The notes under the pieces: generated by a model
Seen by the model: the letters and a program-made list of their open reading frames with translations, nothing else
What the model was told of the DNA's origin: nothing
The model's database searches: none
Made by a program: the position numbers and the translations under genes
Part shown: positions 8,374-10,693 of the stretch, one piece after another
Numbering within the stretch: the stretch's first letter is position 1
Layout of the letters: the number at the start of each line of letters is the position of its first letter
IMG/VR virus record: IMGVR_UViG_2690316325_000003
Strand: one strand, 5' to 3'
Origin: a virus
Lineage: Duplodnaviria; Heunggongvirae; Uroviricota; Caudoviricetes
DNA length: 10,693 nucleotides

Positions 8374-8657
8374 TGGACTCCTTCGCGAAATATACGATTA
8401 TTGACTGGATAGCATTCCTTCAGGTTTTGCTCATCTGGTTTTATATGGCTTACAGGAGTGGACAGTGGATTGTCAGTGTAGCCTGTAGCAGGGGATGGCG
8501 TTGGTGGAACCGAAAGAATAAAAAAGCACTGGCCTTGGATTCGTTTTACGAAGCATTCAATCTTAACAGCCTTCAGCCTGGTTCTGTCATTGTAGTCACC
8601 ACTCAAAGCGGCATGACGATACAAATTCACAAGCCAAAGGAGGAAGGTCGTGGCTAA
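8373..8657 (+). CDS. Hypothetical small protein with N-terminal hydrophobic segment, ~94 aa
   Basis: RBS aggagg before ATG 8373 (GTG 8370 also possible); start overlaps the upstream stop; segment IIDWIAFLQVLLIWFYMAY is hydrophobic. Confidence 0.5.
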   Translation: MDSFAKYTIIDWIAFLQVLLIWFYMAYRSGQWIVSVACSRGWRWWNRKNKKALALDSFYEAFNLNSLQPGSVIVVTTQSGMTIQIHKPKEEGRG

Positions 8658-8931
8658 CCTGCAACTTGCCGTCAAAGGTGAATACTTCAACGCCATGATT
8701 CGCGGGGAGAAAACGGAAGAGTATCGCCTGTGCAATGACTACTGGAATAAACGCCTCGTTAATCGTAAGTATGACCGCCTGATTATCACAAAGGGATATC
8801 CGAAGCGCGACGATTCCAGCCGCAGAATTGACGTCCCGTATGACGGATATGAAATCAAGACAATCACACATCCGCACTTCGGCGATAAACCGGTAACGGT
8901 ATTCGCGATAAAGGTGAATATCAATTGCTAA
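8650..8931 (+). CDS. Hypothetical protein, 93 aa
   Basis: GTG start with good RBS (aaggagg, 6-nt spacer); overlaps the upstream stop by 8 nt. Confidence 0.55.
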   Translation: MANLQLAVKGEYFNAMIRGEKTEEYRLCNDYWNKRLVNRKYDRLIITKGYPKRDDSSRRIDVPYDGYEIKTITHPHFGDKPVTVFAIKVNINC

Positions 8932-8955
8932 ATTAGTAGCATAGCATAAAGATGC

Positions 8956-8979
8956 TTGCATTAATGAAGTGTGTATAAT
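8956..8979 (+). promoter_or_regulatory. Candidate sigma70 promoter (ttgcat ... TATAAT) in an AT-rich intergenic region
   Basis: Perfect TATAAT at 8974..8979 with ttgcat upstream, but the spacer is only ~12 nt, so the -35 assignment is doubtful; first sizeable non-coding gap after a long run of tightly packed genes. Confidence 0.3.
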
Positions 8980-9044
8980 AACGCCTCATCAATAGTAAAC
9001 TACTGAAATAGCAAAAAAAATGCATATTAAAGAGGATTCAAAAA

Positions 9045-9236
9045 TTGAAAATGTTCATGCAAATAGACAGACGCATAGATATTAATGGCAATTCATACTT
9101 AGTTAGATGCGAAGAGAGGCCTAACGGTGAGTGGCGTGTATATGATATTGACCGTAAGATCAATATCAGCACCATGAACAAAGACACTGCCTTTGATGAA
9201 TGGAAAGCTGAAGCTAAAAAACAACATAATTCGTAA
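9045..9236 (+). CDS. Small hypothetical protein, 63 aa (moron-like unit)
   Basis: Track start is TTG 9045; ATG 9051 is an alternative; preceded by the AT-rich candidate promoter and followed by a terminator. Confidence 0.5.
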   Translation: MKMFMQIDRRIDINGNSYLVRCEERPNGEWRVYDIDRKINISTMNKDTAFDEWKAEAKKQHNS

Positions 9237-9279
9237 AATTACAAAAACCCTAACCAATTGATGGATTTCTTTTATCTGA

Positions 9280-9303
9280 ACTCGCTACGGCGAGTTTTGT
9301 TTT
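9280..9303 (+). terminator. Rho-independent terminator
   Basis: Stem actcgc / gcgagt with loop tacg, followed by TTTTGTTTT. Confidence 0.55.
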
Positions 9304-9316
9304 ATGGAGATGATAA

Positions 9317-9484
9317 ATGAACTTCCGAGTTACAGGTGAATGGAATGGAGAGCCATTCAACAGGGTTATCGAAGCAGAGGACATCAACGACTGCTATGAC
9401 CACTGGATGCTATGGGCGCAGATAGCACATGCAGACGTAACCAATATTCGAATTGAAGAACTGAAAGAACACCAAGCCGCCTGA
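9317..9484 (+). CDS. Small hypothetical protein, 55 aa
   Basis: Below ORF-track cutoff; weak RBS (ggaga); bracketed by two terminator-like hairpins, so it could instead be non-coding. Confidence 0.35.
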   Translation: MNFRVTGEWNGEPFNRVIEAEDINDCYDHWMLWAQIAHADVTNIRIEELKEHQAA

Positions 9485-9497
9485 TGGCGGTTTTTTA
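9476..9497 (+). terminator. Terminator-like hairpin with T-run
   Basis: gccgcc-tgat-ggcgg followed by TTTTTTATT; lies just upstream of the likely start of the next gene. Confidence 0.45.
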
Positions 9498-9510
9498 TTG
9501 GAGACAAGAA

Positions 9511-9855
9511 ATGTCAGATTTGGCTATGAAGGTTTTGAAATGGCAATCGACTGGCGATGTCGGCATCAGTAGCGCAACTCTTGCCTCAATCGCATGTGGC
9601 CTGAAAAAGAATATCTATGGTCATCACTTCGGCGCTCCACATGACGCAGCCGATTTCCGACGATGCGTTGCACTTGTTGAGCAGATTCCAGAAATCAGAG
9701 ATTCATTCGACAAGGTTGCAAAGCGCGTTCCGGCGTTCAAAGGAATCCTCAACGAATGGGATTCCCTCGTTGCTCTGTTGAAGTCTGAAATGAAGATACA
9801 CGGAAACAAAGCACCAGAGACTTACAGAAGAATCAGCGAGCTACGCAAGGACTAA
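9511..9855 (+). CDS. Hypothetical protein, 114 aa
   Basis: Likely start ATG 9511 (RBS ggaga) rather than 9484, which lies inside the hairpin; no recognisable motif. Confidence 0.6.
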   Translation: MSDLAMKVLKWQSTGDVGISSATLASIACGLKKNIYGHHFGAPHDAADFRRCVALVEQIPEIRDSFDKVAKRVPAFKGILNEWDSLVALLKSEMKIHGNKAPETYRRISELRKD

Positions 9856-10166
9856 CCCGCCTCACACTCGATGAGGCCTGTACATTTCTCAAGATATCCA
9901 GACCTACCGCAATCATGTCAATCCAATAAATGGAGATTCCAGGTGGAAGAAGAAATCTTCACTCGTGAAGAAGCTGCGTCGTATCTGAAGGTAGACAAAG
10001 GCACTATCACACAGTGGATACGAAGTGGACGACTTCAGGCCGCAAAGATAAATCCAGATAAACCTAAAAGTCCATATCGCATTTGCAAGTCAGACTGCAT
10101 TGCGGCGCTTAAGTCTGTGAGACACAATAGCGCGGTGAATGCGGTTGATGTGCAGGAGGTTAAAGC

Positions 10167-10680
<514 letters not shown>

Positions 10681-10693
10681 AGCTATAACCCCG

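Noticed and set aside
8247-8961. Minus-strand ORFs 8247..8735, 8596..8961 and 8739..8924
   Set aside because: Long antisense ORFs across three tightly coupled plus-strand genes with good RBSs; no start-site support. The 162-aa one is the least certain rejection.
9624-9809. ORF 9624..9809(-)
   Set aside because: Antisense within the 9511..9855 gene.

Overview
This window is a ~10.5 kb piece of a lambdoid prophage early region (lambda/P22 mosaic), oriented opposite to the conventional lambda map. All homology calls are from memory of lambda, P22 and E. coli proteins, not from a database search. Left to right: cII and cro on the minus strand with a P22-type nutR; lambda-type OR1-3 with divergent PR and PRM; a near-lambda cI on the plus strand; a translationally coupled two-gene cassette of unknown function exactly where lambda carries rexA-rexB; a terminator; lambda-type OL/PL; a P22-type nutL boxB and an N-like antiterminator; a run of small early-left accessory genes (including cIII- and kil-like ORFs and a small membrane protein); a Rad52-like single-strand annealing protein, SSB and an HNH-type nuclease; an Ea22/DUF551-like protein; several small moron-like genes with their own promoter and terminators; xis; and an integrase cut off after about 143 codons. 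The segment is bracketed by a perfect 98-bp inverted repeat (1..98 vs 10596..10693) that abuts the cII stop on the left and truncates int on the right. No replication, late-regulation, lysis or structural genes are present, and I saw no rRNA, tRNA or CRISPR array. The strongest candidate for a new system is the rex-slot cassette (1560..2355): a 145-aa soluble protein plus a 123-aa coiled-coil protein with a C-terminal transmembrane helix, co-transcribed with the repressor.
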